Below, piece by piece: positions 27,306-37,996 of a DNA stretch of 64,000 nt (position 1 is the first letter of the stretch; every line of letters begins with the position of its first letter). The position numbers and the translations under genes are program-made. The DNA lies in assembly GCA_004431415.1 (NCBI GenBank), contig QPMI01000004.1, positions 83,503-147,502 of the forward strand. The letters run 5' to 3'. The notes under the pieces are model-generated. The model was not told the DNA's origin. It worked only from the letters and a program-made list of their open reading frames with translations, and searched no databases. The stretch is from Cyanophora paradoxa CCMP329. Lineage: Eukaryota > Plantae > Glaucophyta.

Positions 27306-27959
27306 ATGGCTCCCAAGCAGGCGGAGAAGAAGGGTGCGGCGCGCGCTCCGCGATAAGCGCCTTAGCTACAGCGCAGATACACCGCCTCCCTCTCCTCCTG
27401 CAGCGGCGATATGTGTTGATCGCGCCGGCAGCGGAGGTGAAGGGCTCGGACAAGAGCAAAGCCCCGGCCGCGAAGGGGAAGGCTTCCGCGCAGGCTGTGA
27501 AGGCGGCAAAGACCGTCAAGAAGGGCGGCCCGGTGAAGAAGATCAAGAAGATCCGCACCAATGTGCACTTCTTCCGCCCGAAGACGCTGAAGCTTGCGCG
27601 GACGCCGAAGTACCCGCGGAGCTCTGTGCCGAAGCCGAACAAGCTCGACCAGTACCAGATCCTCAAGTACCCGCTGACGACGGAGTCTGCGATGAAGAAG
27701 ATCGAGGACAACAACACCCTGGTCTTCATCGTCGACATCCGCTCGAACAAGCGCCAGATCAAGGACGCAGTGAAGCGCATGTACGACATTCAGTGCCAGA
27801 AGGTGAACACGCTCATCCGGTGCGTCGCTGCGTTGTGATATGCTTCGGACTGTGAACTCAGACTTCGTGTGCAGGCCGGACGGCCAGAAGAAGGCGTACG
27901 TGCGCCTCACTCAGGACTACGATGCCCTGGATGTTGCAAACAAGATCGGCATTATCTGA
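27306..27959 (+). CDS. RPL23A: 60S ribosomal protein L23a (uL23), multi-exon
   Basis: MAPK..., [69 protein letters not shown]. Confidence 0.97.
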
Positions 27960-28132
27960 GCGACCTTGTTTGCCCTATCCCGCCCTGCCGCCCTGTTCAT
28001 AAGACTAGATGCCGGTATATTCTCAATTTCAACAGCGCATCAGTCATTCGTTTTGTTTTCAGCCATTTGCCTTGCATGCACTGCTCTGTACTTGCGACCC
28101 AGGACACTCGCATAGGACACTGGTACATTTTA

Positions 28133-29578
28133 TCAAGAATTCAACTTCTGCTCTCCTGCCTTTGCCTCTTGATCCTTGCGTTGCTGCTCTAGCTTTATGT
28201 CTGTGCGCGCTAAGCAGCTAAACACAAGCAAGTAAAGGATGAGAGAAACTGGCACACGTGTATAATAGAAGACTCCACTCAGGGTTAGGCAAATACCCAG
28301 AAGGTTTCGGGAGTCCAATGGTGCACCAAAGAAAACAAACCCTCCAAAGATGATCATAGTCAGCTTGAAGTGCCCCAGCACGTTATACCTGCAGCTCTTG
28401 AGAAAACGCCAGTCACGGCAGGGCAGCACACACGTTACAGGTGAGGTTTTCCCGATCACCAAGAAGATGGACAGGTTCACTGCAAAGGCGATGAAGCCGG
28501 AAAGCAGAATAATCACCTGGGTTCAGACACAATCAGCAGATTGTACTGCGCACCATTCCGACTTCACTTACAAAAGCATCCCATGATGCAGCCGTTCTGT
28601 ACCAATGTGGTAGGCTCTTGTCTCCAAAACCCACGTCATCAAACAAGGGAATGACAATGAGAAGAATGCCGGCGGCAAGGGGTGCCTGGTAGTAAAGCAG
28701 CTGCATTGAACTAACTTGAAGTTCCTTCTGCTTGGTTCCGACCCACTGTCTGAGAAGTCAGAAATCTATGGAAATTATTTCACAAAGAAAGAAATCACAA
28801 TTTGGTAGAATGAGGTGACAACCACGGCCACAGCAGCGTACATTGTGCCCTTCAGATTCAGCTGGAAGTCCGTCACGGTAGCAATGCTCACTCCGAGACA
28901 AATTGGTAGAAGAGACAGGCGTGTCTTGGTGTCAGACGATGTGCTATACCACAGGAACTGAATCACCATTATCACTGGAGTCGTCATCACTTTGGCGATC
29001 TGCAATTAAGCTCGTCTTCTCAAATTGACGTCGAGGTTTATATAACGCAAAGTCGCCCGCTTGCCTGGTAGAAGCCAACAGAATTGTAGCGGAGGCTGAT
29101 ATTTGTCAAAACGACGAATCCGCTGAAAGAGATGGCCAAAGGCAGAACTTGAGCTAGTCTCAATTTTTTCACAGTGAAAACGCCAAGCATCGCGCAGGCC
29201 TGCAGGCCCAAGAATGTGACGAGGAAATGGATGAGTGTCAAAGTCGTGGCTGCAGTTGCCTGGTTGATAGGCGATGCGGCGCGCGCAGAATTGCGCACGG
29301 TAATTAAAGTTGTACGTGGTATACACCCACTTGTTCACGAAGACTATCGAGATTGAGCTCGCGACGTTGATGGCCATCCAGAGCACATTCCACGGGTTGA
29401 CGGCTGCGCATCGCTGGATAAAGAGACCCCAGCTGCGAAGTTCGCATCAAGTAGCGCACCTGCGAAGTTGCGCTGCACGTCGTGCGCAAACCGGCGCAGC
29501 CTCCAAACTTGATCCCTAGCCTCCACGTTACTTGATCAGCTGGAAGCAAGCAGGCAGGAGATCGCACCGGGAATGCAT
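28133..29578 (-). CDS. Nucleotide-sugar transporter (SLC35E3/UXT-like, TPT superfamily), multi-exon
   Basis: NVASSISIVFVNK, TTLTLIHFLVT, LTNISLRYNSVGFYQ/IAKVMTTP, QLLYYQAP, VNLSIFLVIGKTSPVT/YNVLGHFK. Start codon is approximate. Confidence 0.88.
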
Positions 29579-29601
29579 TGGCGCGACTGTCATCCCTGCA
29601 G

Positions 29602-30331
29602 ATGGAATGTTCTCGCGGGACGCGCGTGTGCGCATACCTGCTTCTTTCGCACCGTTCCCCACGACCTTCCCCCCCCTCCCCCCACCCTCAACCCCCGCCC
29701 CCATCCTCCTTACCCCCTCCACCGCCCCCCCCCCCGGCCACCCCCCCCGCATCTGGCGCATACGCATGCTTTGCCTAGATTGCGTCCGCAACTTGTTCTC
29801 GATGCGCCGGCGCTACGATTGTAATGTAGAAGGTGCCGCTCTTGCTAGCGCGCCATTGCCATTTCTGATCTAGCCGCTTTGAACAGAGGAGTTCGCAGCG
29901 GCCAGCAGGGCGAGCTTCCTCTCGCCGCCACGCGCGGTCGCTATCGATGCTCCGGAGCCGCGTCGAGCGCAGAGCATCGCAGAGAGTCTAGAAAGCGAGG
30001 CCGCGCGGGAGGTCGAGGAACTCAAGAACGTCATCACGGTGCGAGTCTCTGGGCAACCACTCTTGCGCTGCATGATCCGCAACGTAGGATCTTTATAAGC
30101 AGAACAAGCTCCAGCGGGAGTGCCACCGGAAGAAGCAGCGCCGGAGCGAGCCGCTGCCCGCTGCCAAGCCAGGCGTCGACGCCGCTCCCGCTGTCCCTGG
30201 CACGGCGAGGCGAGTCTCATGGCAGAACCGCGTCAAGTTCCATATTCTTGCGGGGGAAGCGACGCCAACGGACTTTTCTTCTGGCGATCCACCCAAAGAG
30301 CCGAGCGACGAGACATTCTCACAGGAAATAA
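29602..30331 (+). CDS. Possible small hypothetical gene (coiled-coil)
   Basis: Plausible spliced frame EEFAAASRASF..EAAREVEELKNVIT/DLYKQNKLQRECHRKK with GT..AG-bounded short segments. No recognisable domain. Confidence 0.3.
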
Positions 30332-31324
30332 CAGCAGGCAACGGAATGGCAGCAGCAGCGGCAGCAGCGACTGCCGCATCTATATTTATGAAACAAGCAA
30401 GCCAACCAGTTCGAAAGCTTTTGACACGAGCTGTGGCTGCAGCTACTCAGCATGGATACTTGGCCATACAGCGGGAGGACGAGGAAGAACTTCATGGAGA
30501 TAACCTGGACCAAGTTAGTGTAGATGTTTCTATAGTTGCAGGGGAATCATATATTCGGCGTGCCACTGCTATACCCTCTAGTTCAAATATTTCGGTTTCT
30601 GATTCAGGTGTTTAAGCAACTGAGACTTGGTCAAGACAGAATGCCGTTTCATCAAATGGGTCTTTTCAGGCATATATATGGACCACCGTAGCACAAAACT
30701 GATGCTTCACGTGTACTTGCACCCGATCTACACAGTCAATTGCAACGCAGCACAGTACACAGTACAGAGCACAGTATACGTATATACGTACAGTGTACAT
30801 CATGATCACGTACATCTACATGTACACACGTGCACTAGTCTATCTGTAAACAGTCATGTGGGAAACCGGGTGGGATGGTATCATGATTACTAGCTGAACA
30901 TCGGATCTGTATGCATTTTGAGAGTGAGTTCATAACCATCAAACAGCAAAGATCTAGAGAGATTAAGAAACACTCAATTCATAGAGAAACAGACGAAACT
31001 CAACTTGGCAAGTGACAGAGAAATAGACAGAACACAAGGAGGCATGGGAGGGCGTGGCATCGGAGGAGGCCATCGGAGCGGGGTGAGGGTCCTGCCCTGC
31101 AAAGCCGTTGCGGTGGAGAAAAGAGGGCGAAAGGAGGCCGGTGGTGGAGGGAGGCTGGAGCTCCGCAGCACTCGCGATCGATGGCCGAGGACGGCCGTCG
31201 GCCCGACCCCAAGGCTGCCAACGAGGATGAGGACGGCAAGCCCTCTGGCCTCTCCGGAGCTTGCAGGCAGAAGGGGCAGGCGGGTTGGGGCCTCCTCAGG
31301 AGGAGCGGTGAGGGGGAGTAGACC

Positions 31325-32179
31325 CGCCGGCGTCAGGCGCGTTCCATCAGGCGCTCCGCCGCCTCCTCTGGCCCACCACGAGGCGCGGGTCTTGCGACAG
31401 GGCGCGACGCGCGCACAGCCAGTCCTGGTGCGGGGCCACCAGGAGCACGCGCCGCGTCTTTAGGGCGAGCCCCAAGGCGTAGGCCATGTGGTGGAGCTCC
31501 GAGCCGAACCCTGCGCCCGCCGCCGGCCCGGGGTCACGGCCGCGGGGCGTGCGCGATCCGGCGCGCGCGCCTGCGGCGCCGAAGCGAAAGAGGAGGAACT
31601 GAGACACGCGGGGGCTGCAGTCCTCGCGGGCTCGGAACTGGTTCCGGTAGATTTCGCGCTGGGGGCGTCGGCGCGGCCGCGGGGCGACGTCAGACTGCAA
31701 GACGCGGCCGCCGGGAGGCTCGCGATCGGGTCGACGCCGCAGCAGGTCGAACGCACCCGAAACTCACGCATCGCTTCCAGCTGCTCGTCGTTCGCGAGTC
31801 TCGAGCCGAGGGCGAGCGAGTACAGGAAGTCGTATCGCGGGATCGGCAGGAACTTCGAATTCGTCTCATTCGATGAAACCGAGCTCGACTTCGAATTCGG
31901 AAGCGCTAGCTGCGCGCAGGAGGAGCTCTGCAGAAGCTTTCGCGGCGTCCTATCTCCGTGATCGATGTCTGGAGTGGGCGTCGGCCCCGGCAGGCGCGAA
32001 AGCTCCGAATCCAGCGCCCGCCTGACCAGCGAAGCTGCGCGCGAACCGTCGGTGCCGAACACCCTCGACGCAGCGAGCGCAATCGCACCCAAATGAAAGG
32101 AGCGTAGGGCCAGAATGATGAGCGGCGCGGCCAGCAGCAGCTTCAACCAGCGGCCGTAGCACCGTGGCCGGAGGCGCAT
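31325..32179 (-). pseudogene. Alpha-1,6-fucosyltransferase (GT23/FUT8-like), apparently 3'-truncated
   Basis: Type II membrane anchor (WLKLLLAAPLIILAL), then QREIYRNQ..DCS and GFGSELHHMAYALGLALKTRRVLL. The downstream HVRRxDK-type motif is not seen, and the sequence changes character at ~31325. Confidence 0.6.
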
Positions 32180-32291
32180 CGCCGAATCCCTTGTGTAGGT
32201 CGCAGGGCGCGCCCCGCGGCTGGCGCTAGATCACCCCCGGGGGCGCTGCCAGTAATTCCAGCGGCACTGTGCAATTGCAAAACGCTGTTGC

Positions 32292-32794
32292 TGTGACGAA
32301 CGCGCGCTCAGCGACGCGGCGCCGACGCTCAGGACGCTGGTAATGGGGGGTAGTCGTGGTCCTAATTCAGGGGGTAAGCGAACACAAGGGAGCTGCCTCA
32401 GCCTGCCTCTGGATCCGGAGCTGCGCACCTGTACCAAGCAACACGGAAGTTGCTCCAAGAAACACGCCAGCTCTCGCTGAGCTGTGACCGAGGTCCGAAG
32501 TCCCGAACTTCGAAACGACCTCGCTCAGTCCTCGAAACGAACTTTGTGACGAACGCGCGCTCAGCGACGCAGCGCCGACGCTCGGACGCTGGTGATTGGG
32601 GCCAATTTGGGGGTAGTCGGACGTCGTAGTCCTAGGCCTAATTCAGGGGGTAAGCGAACACAAGGGAGCTGCCTCTGTGGAACTTCGGAACCGGAGCTGT
32701 GCACCAAGCAACACGGAAGTGTGCACCAGGAAACACGCCAGTTCTCGCTGAGCCGTGACCGAGTCCCGAAGTTCGAAACGACCTTGCTCAGTCC
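32292..32794. repeat. Diverged ~250-bp tandem duplication (two copies)
   Basis: 32292-32531 and 32545-32794 share tgtgacgaacgcgcgctcagcgacg, cctaattcagggggtaagcgaacacaagggagctgcctc, accaagcaacacggaagt and ctcgctgagc...gctcagtcc. Confidence 0.9.
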
Positions 32795-32805
32795 GGCGGC
32801 CTGCC

Positions 32806-34061
32806 ATGGAATCCAGGTGCGTGAAAGTGTCCCCGCCCGCGCATGCGAGTGCCTCAGATGCGCAGCCGCAGGCGGAAGGAGAGCTACATCGAAGAGACCG
32901 CACGCCTGGCACGCTTGGCCCGCGGCCCTCGGCCCGACGGGCGCGCCCTTCGAAGTCCCGCGGCACGCCTTCGCCGCGGCTGAGTGTGCGCGGGAGGACG
33001 CTGGAGTCGCGGCCTGGGACGCTCGTGTGCTTGCCCGCCCCGCGCCGCGCTCGGGGGCCCGACCGGGCGCGCGGCGCCGGCCCTCGCGCAGGAGCCCGGC
33101 TGGGTCCGGGCCTATCCCTTGCAGGGGTCCCTCTTTGGCGCCGAGATCCAGCCGCCCGCGCCGCCGGCCGGAGCAGGCCCCTCTCCCGGCCGCCTGGGGG
33201 CCGGGGCTGTGCCCGCGGGGGCCGAGGGGCCCGAGTACGCAGGCCCGGACGCCGCGCTTCCCGCCGCGCACGTGCGCCCCCTCCGCCCCCGGGGCCGCGC
33301 CTGAAAGCCGTTCGTCGTTTCATAGCCCTGAACGTGTGAACTCTAAATTCGTTAGTTCTTGATACGCACTGTTTCGTAACTCTGAACCTGTTAACTCTAA
33401 ATAAGTTAGTTCTTAATATGCACCTGTAAAGCCTCGGAAGTCGATGAAGGGTTTCAGTTTCATCTAACGAGCCCGCCCTCGCCCCGCGCCACCTTCGGCC
33501 CTCGGCGCGCGGCTGCGCGCCTCTCGCCCGCCCTCGGCCCGCTCATCCCCCGCCCGCAGCGGGAGGCTTCGGCCCGGTCGCCCCCCATGCGGGAGGCCAT
33601 CGTGGATCTCTTCCACCTCCCCGTCCCCGTGCCCGCCCCGCCCCGCCCCGCCCCCCGCGGGCCGACGCTCGGGCAGGAGGCGGTGCGGGCGCTGGGCCTC
33701 GGGACGACGACCTTCAAGCGCCTCTGCCGAGAGCCGGCATCGGCCGCTGGCCCCACCGCAAGCTCGACGCCCTCTCCCGCGGGGCGCCCGCGCTGACGTG
33801 TCCCCCCCCGCCCCCCCGCCCCCCGGCCGCTCGCTCGACGCGGGGCGGCTGGCGGCGCTGGCGCTGGGGCCGGGGGATGCGCCCCGGGGGCTCGACCGCG
33901 CGGCCCTCGCGGCGGCGCGGCGCGCGCTGCTCGCTGCCGTCGCCCGCGTGCGCCCCGGTGCGCCCCGCGCAGGCGGGCGCGGCCCGACGCGCGCCCCGGC
34001 AGTGCGCGGGCCGGTGTTGCTCGTGCGGAAGATCCCCGGGCCCCACGTGCACGGGCTGTAG
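32806..34061 (+). pseudogene. RWP-RK transcription factor gene, frameshifted in this assembly
   Basis: After splicing a short GT-AG intron: DLFHLPVP/EAVRALGLGTTTFKRLCRE, then a 1-nt gap at ~33734, then GIGRWPHRKLDAL. The 5' and 3' limits are approximate. Confidence 0.7.
33301..33457. mobile_element. Small AT-rich MITE-like insertion with internal 54-bp tandem repeat
   Basis: Imperfect terminal inverted repeats (ctgaaagccgttcgtcg / cgatgaagggtttcag). Direct repeats at 33328 and 33382. Abrupt AT-rich island in very GC-rich flanks. Confidence 0.45.
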
Positions 34062-34559
34062 CTAGCGCTAGCTGGGGCCCGCCCCGTGCCGCCCCGGGGC
34101 ACCCTTCGCCACCGACGCCGTCGGCGCAGAATTTCAGATTCTGAAAAATGAATAGGAAGTGTTCGAATCTGAAGACGCGTGTTCGAATCCCGGTCGTCAT
34201 ATTACGCGGGCAGCACGGTCGAAAGGCGGGGTTCAAATCCCACCAAGTGATATATAATAAATGAATTCGCACACACTGAGACAAATGGCTAGATCTAGAG
34301 ATATAACTGAGGTGTCCATCTGGATTCCGGTACCCCCGGGAATTTCAGGTCGATCCGTCGGATCCGTCGGAATTCAGGCGACCGCCGCCGCGGGAAACCC
34401 GTGGGAATAGTCTTAGGAGCACTATAGCTAGTGTCGCGGGCGATGGCAAGACCAAGTCTGGCTAGAGCTTGGTCGGCTGGCCCGGGGCCGGGCCCGGCGT
34501 GGCCGCGGGCCATGGGCCGGAATCCGGCTATAGGCGTGGCCGGTCGCGACTTGACTTGC

Positions 34560-34630
34560 AATTCCCGGAATTGCCGGAATTGCCGGAATTGCCGGAATTC
34601 CCGGAATTCCCGGAACCCAAGCCGGAACCC
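34560..34630. repeat. 9-bp minisatellite (GGAATTSCC)n
   Basis: Tandem ggaattgcc/ggaattccc units. Confidence 0.9.
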
Positions 34631-35629
34631 AACCAATAAATCGTACATGCTCAACAACTAGAAAATACTTGCTAGTTTGCAACGCGGGCTAGTATAAGTA
34701 GCCGCTGGCCTGCCAAAGTTGTCATTCCTTGTGAGGCGCACAGCCTCGAAATACTAGCAGCGAAACTCTGCCTCTCTGCGACTGCACCTTGCCTTTGCAA
34801 TTTGGGAGCCGGAGGGCCTTGCACTGCTAGCTGGGATCGCATCACAGGTCTGTTATTACTCTGTTATTAGGCCTCTGGTTAAAAACCCCTAGACTATATC
34901 TGGGCCTCGCCCGGATTTAACCAGACGCTTAATACGTGGGGGCTGCTCAAAACTTTCAGCTAGCTCTTCAAAGCTAGCCTAGTAGCTGGCCGATCGCGAC
35001 CTCTGCGTCGCGATGCGCATAGCTGCTGCGCATGCGGAAGTCGCTGCGTACTGACCAGAGCCTTTGCGCATGTTCGCGACTCCTACTATCAACTTGGCGC
35101 TACCGGTACCTGCTGCGCGGGTGAGCGGACGCTACCGCGCGCCAGCGCTACGTATACGCGTCGCTTTAAAAGATGCGTATACGTATATGGTCGCTCTGCC
35201 GGGGCTAGCTACTAGGCTAGCGCTCTAGCAGCCGTGCCGGCGCCCCGGCATGCGCACGTGCACGCGTACGTCTGCGCCGCGACCAGTGTCTGATCCGGAT
35301 CCGGGCCCGCTCGACGCAGCGTTCGCATCTCAGGCCTAGGCCGGATCGGATTCTGCGGCGCGAGCGCACTCGAGCTCTACAGGCGTGGCATCGCCGGCCG
35401 ACGGGCGCCGAGCTTGCCGACTCGACGCCGAGCTCGCGGGGGCCGCCGGGCGCGCTATAGCTATAGCTAGCTCCGAGCCTTGGAGGCTCGGGCTCGGGCT
35501 CCGGGGCGCCGTCGACGTCGATCATCGATATCGCGCGCCGCGGCGCGCAGGCGAGGAATTGGAAGCGCTAGAGCTAGCGCTAGATCTAGAACTAGTCGGA
35601 TCGCCGGGGGCGGACCTGCTCGGCGGTTC

Positions 35630-36011
35630 TACCAAATTTAAATAGTCTTCTCCTGTTTGTTCTTGCGCTTTCTGCATTTTTTAATACTGCTTTTGGGCTT
35701 CTTTGTCCAGTTTTCCCGAATGTTCTTCCAGGTTTCCCCCCCACACCCCTCTTCCCTAACACCCTGTCCGGCCTGTTAGGGAGCAGGTCGGTTCAGGAAG
35801 TTAGGGCTTTGTCATTGCATGGGGGCCCTACGGCTCGGGTAGGGACCTTGTGCAGCTTGTCTTTCGCAGGTTTTCGAGAGCATCTCTCATCACTACCCAC
35901 TGCTAGTGGGTCCATGACAGAGCCTTGCAAGCTCCTTTAGGGGCCTCTGCGGTTCTGTCATACCCAGTCTTGCTGGCGTGGGCGTGTCTTTTACTTGCTC
36001 TCTCTCTCTCT
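35630..36011 (+). mobile_element. Short (CT)n-tailed retroposon copy (5'-truncated or SINE-like), 382 bp
   Basis: Flanked by the 14-bp direct repeat ctgctcggcggttc (35616-35629, 36012-36025). Ends in (CT)n. The 3' ~120 nt are homologous to 37579-37680 and 50725-50844 (minus strand). Confidence 0.85.
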
Positions 36012-36078
36012 CTGCTCGGCGGTTCGCTGCGGAATTCTGCTGCGGCGGATCTGGATCCGGACGTGTTTCGAGTTCGGA

Positions 36079-37254
36079 ATGGCTCCGAATACGCGAAGCG
36101 GCGGATCCGGAGGTGCGGGTGCTAGTGGCGGATCCGGGGGCGGCAGCCAGAGCAGTGGCGGGCCCGGGGCGGCGGCTGCAGCTGCGCATGCAGCAGCCGT
36201 GCCCGCGGCCGTGGCGGCGGCCGCTCCGGCGGCAAACGCGATGCCAGTGCCAGCTCCGGGGCCAGCGCCGGTCGCGCCAGTGGCGCCGGTCGCACCAGCG
36301 GCGGCTGGGGCGCCAGTCGCGATCGGGGGCCAGCAACCAGCTGCGGCGGCAGCTGACGCTGCGCGTGCGTTGGAGGCGCTGAAGAGCAACCTGGACATGC
36401 ATACACGTTACCGCGAGCTGAAAGAATTTAAGGAGCGAATTCCTGCCTTGACAAATACTGGCGTTCTATCGTGGATCGTATCGCTGGAGCGCCTGGCAAC
36501 TTTTATTTAGCCGCCGAAATTTCTGGAGCCGGACAAGATAGTAGCGGAGCTCGCATTGTCTTCGCTGCAGCGCTCAGCAGCGACGGTGCTGGGTGCTATG
36601 GCGTCGAAGGCGGCGGGCGGTGAATTCGATATGACGTCGTGGGCAAGGATTCGTGAGCATCTGATCAGCTTGGTGCCTGGCAATAAATTCGAGCTGCTGA
36701 AGAATACGATCAAGACGGCGAGCCAGCATTTCTCAGCTCTGAATAACCCTACGGAGCTGGATGCTCAGGCGCTTATCAATAATGTTGTTTTATTTCGACG
36801 CCTGCTTCAGCTGCAAGACTCGTGTCCGGACGAGATGTTGATCGCGGAATTAATGTCTCCGGACGCGATCACTTTGCCGGCGATGGTCATGCTCACAAGC
36901 AGAATTTCAGAGGACGCGTGAACGAATCTGGCGGAGTGGGGTCGCGAATTCTTCAGTCGAGTTCGGTCCCATAACGAGCTGGAAATGAGGCTCCAGCGGG
37001 TGAGGGCCAGCAGTGGATTTTCGGACGCGTCAGTCTCTCGCGTTTCGGGGGGTGAGCTCGCCAGCAGCAGCAAGAAGCAGAAGACGGGCGGACAGACTCG
37101 TTGGTGTGATGAATGTGAGAGCGGCTCGCACAACACAGTCGTCTGCAGCAAGCGACTTCAGCGGGAGCTGGAGGAGATGCAGGCGCAATATTCGACCTGT
37201 CAGCAGGAGCTCGAGAAATATCGGAGCTCCAGCAGCCTGGCGGGCGCGAAGTAA
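36079..37254 (+). pseudogene. Gag/ORF1-like retroelement protein with CCHC zinc knuckle, two in-frame stops
   Basis: ORFs 35995, 36556 and 36985 share one frame, separated by TAG (36508) and TGA (36919). CDECESGSHNTVVC at 37105-37146 is C-X2-C-X4-H-X4-C, followed by a coiled coil. Confidence 0.75.
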
Positions 37255-37578
37255 AGTACACGCCACGGCGGTTCGGTCTCCGCCTGAGCAGAAATTAAAA
37301 GACCAGCGGTGGAGGAGTTTGGGTTTAATTCGTCGCGAAGAGGGGTGGGCCCTGCGACGTGGCGGCGTGTACTTGTAATTTTTCAGCTGCAGCCGGAGTT
37401 CGAGTTCTGGGCAGAACAGCTGCAGCTTCGCGGGGCCGGATGATGTGCACCTGCGAAGGCGACGGCCTTTCTTCACAGTCGATCGCGAGGCTGGTGGCGA
37501 ATTCGAAGAAGGCGTCGCTCCGTTCCGGTGAACCGGCGTCCAAGCTGGAGATGCGGACCTAGCCCGGGACTGCGGCCG

Positions 37579-37680
37579 GAGAGAGAGAGAGAAATGCAGT
37601 AGACACATCCATGCCAGCAAGACTGGGTATGACAAAGCCGCAGAGGCCCCGAATGGGACGTGCAAGGCCCGTCAGGGACC
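37579..37680 (-). mobile_element. ~100-bp 3'-end fragment of the (CT)n-tailed retroposon
   Basis: Identical by eye to 50724-50825. Only a ccgg microhomology or very short TSD at the junctions. Confidence 0.85.
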
Positions 37681-37996
37681 GGGGCAATATATACAGGAGG
37701 GCATCGGATTCAGCTGTGGGCGGGTGGTGTCAGCCGTAGAGGGCGGGAGGCCCGAGTCCAAGCCAGAGGCGCGGACCTGCTCGTGCCAGGATGGCGCTCA
37801 GGACAGCAAACGGCCGGTCGGCACCCAACCGAATAGAGACCGGAATCGGCCCTGCATTAGACGGACGCGAGCTCAGCGTTATCGTCGCCGCGGGGTTACT
37901 AAATTCAAATACTAGAACTCGAGGACGGGCCGACGGAGTCTGGCAACCGCGTGGCCGGCGGGAGGGGCAGCTGGAAATCCGCGCCCCAAGAACCCC

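Noticed and set aside
35907-35966. SECIS element enabling readthrough of the Gag TGA
   Set aside because: The ATGAC pairs in Watson-Crick fashion with GTCAT rather than forming a GA quartet, and the ORF also contains a TAG.
35891-37680. Inverted repeats flanking the Gag ORF as DIRS-type or DNA-transposon termini
   Set aside because: The left copy has its own 14-bp TSD and the right copy is identical to the 3' end of the separate 2.4-kb element. They are independent, oppositely oriented insertions.
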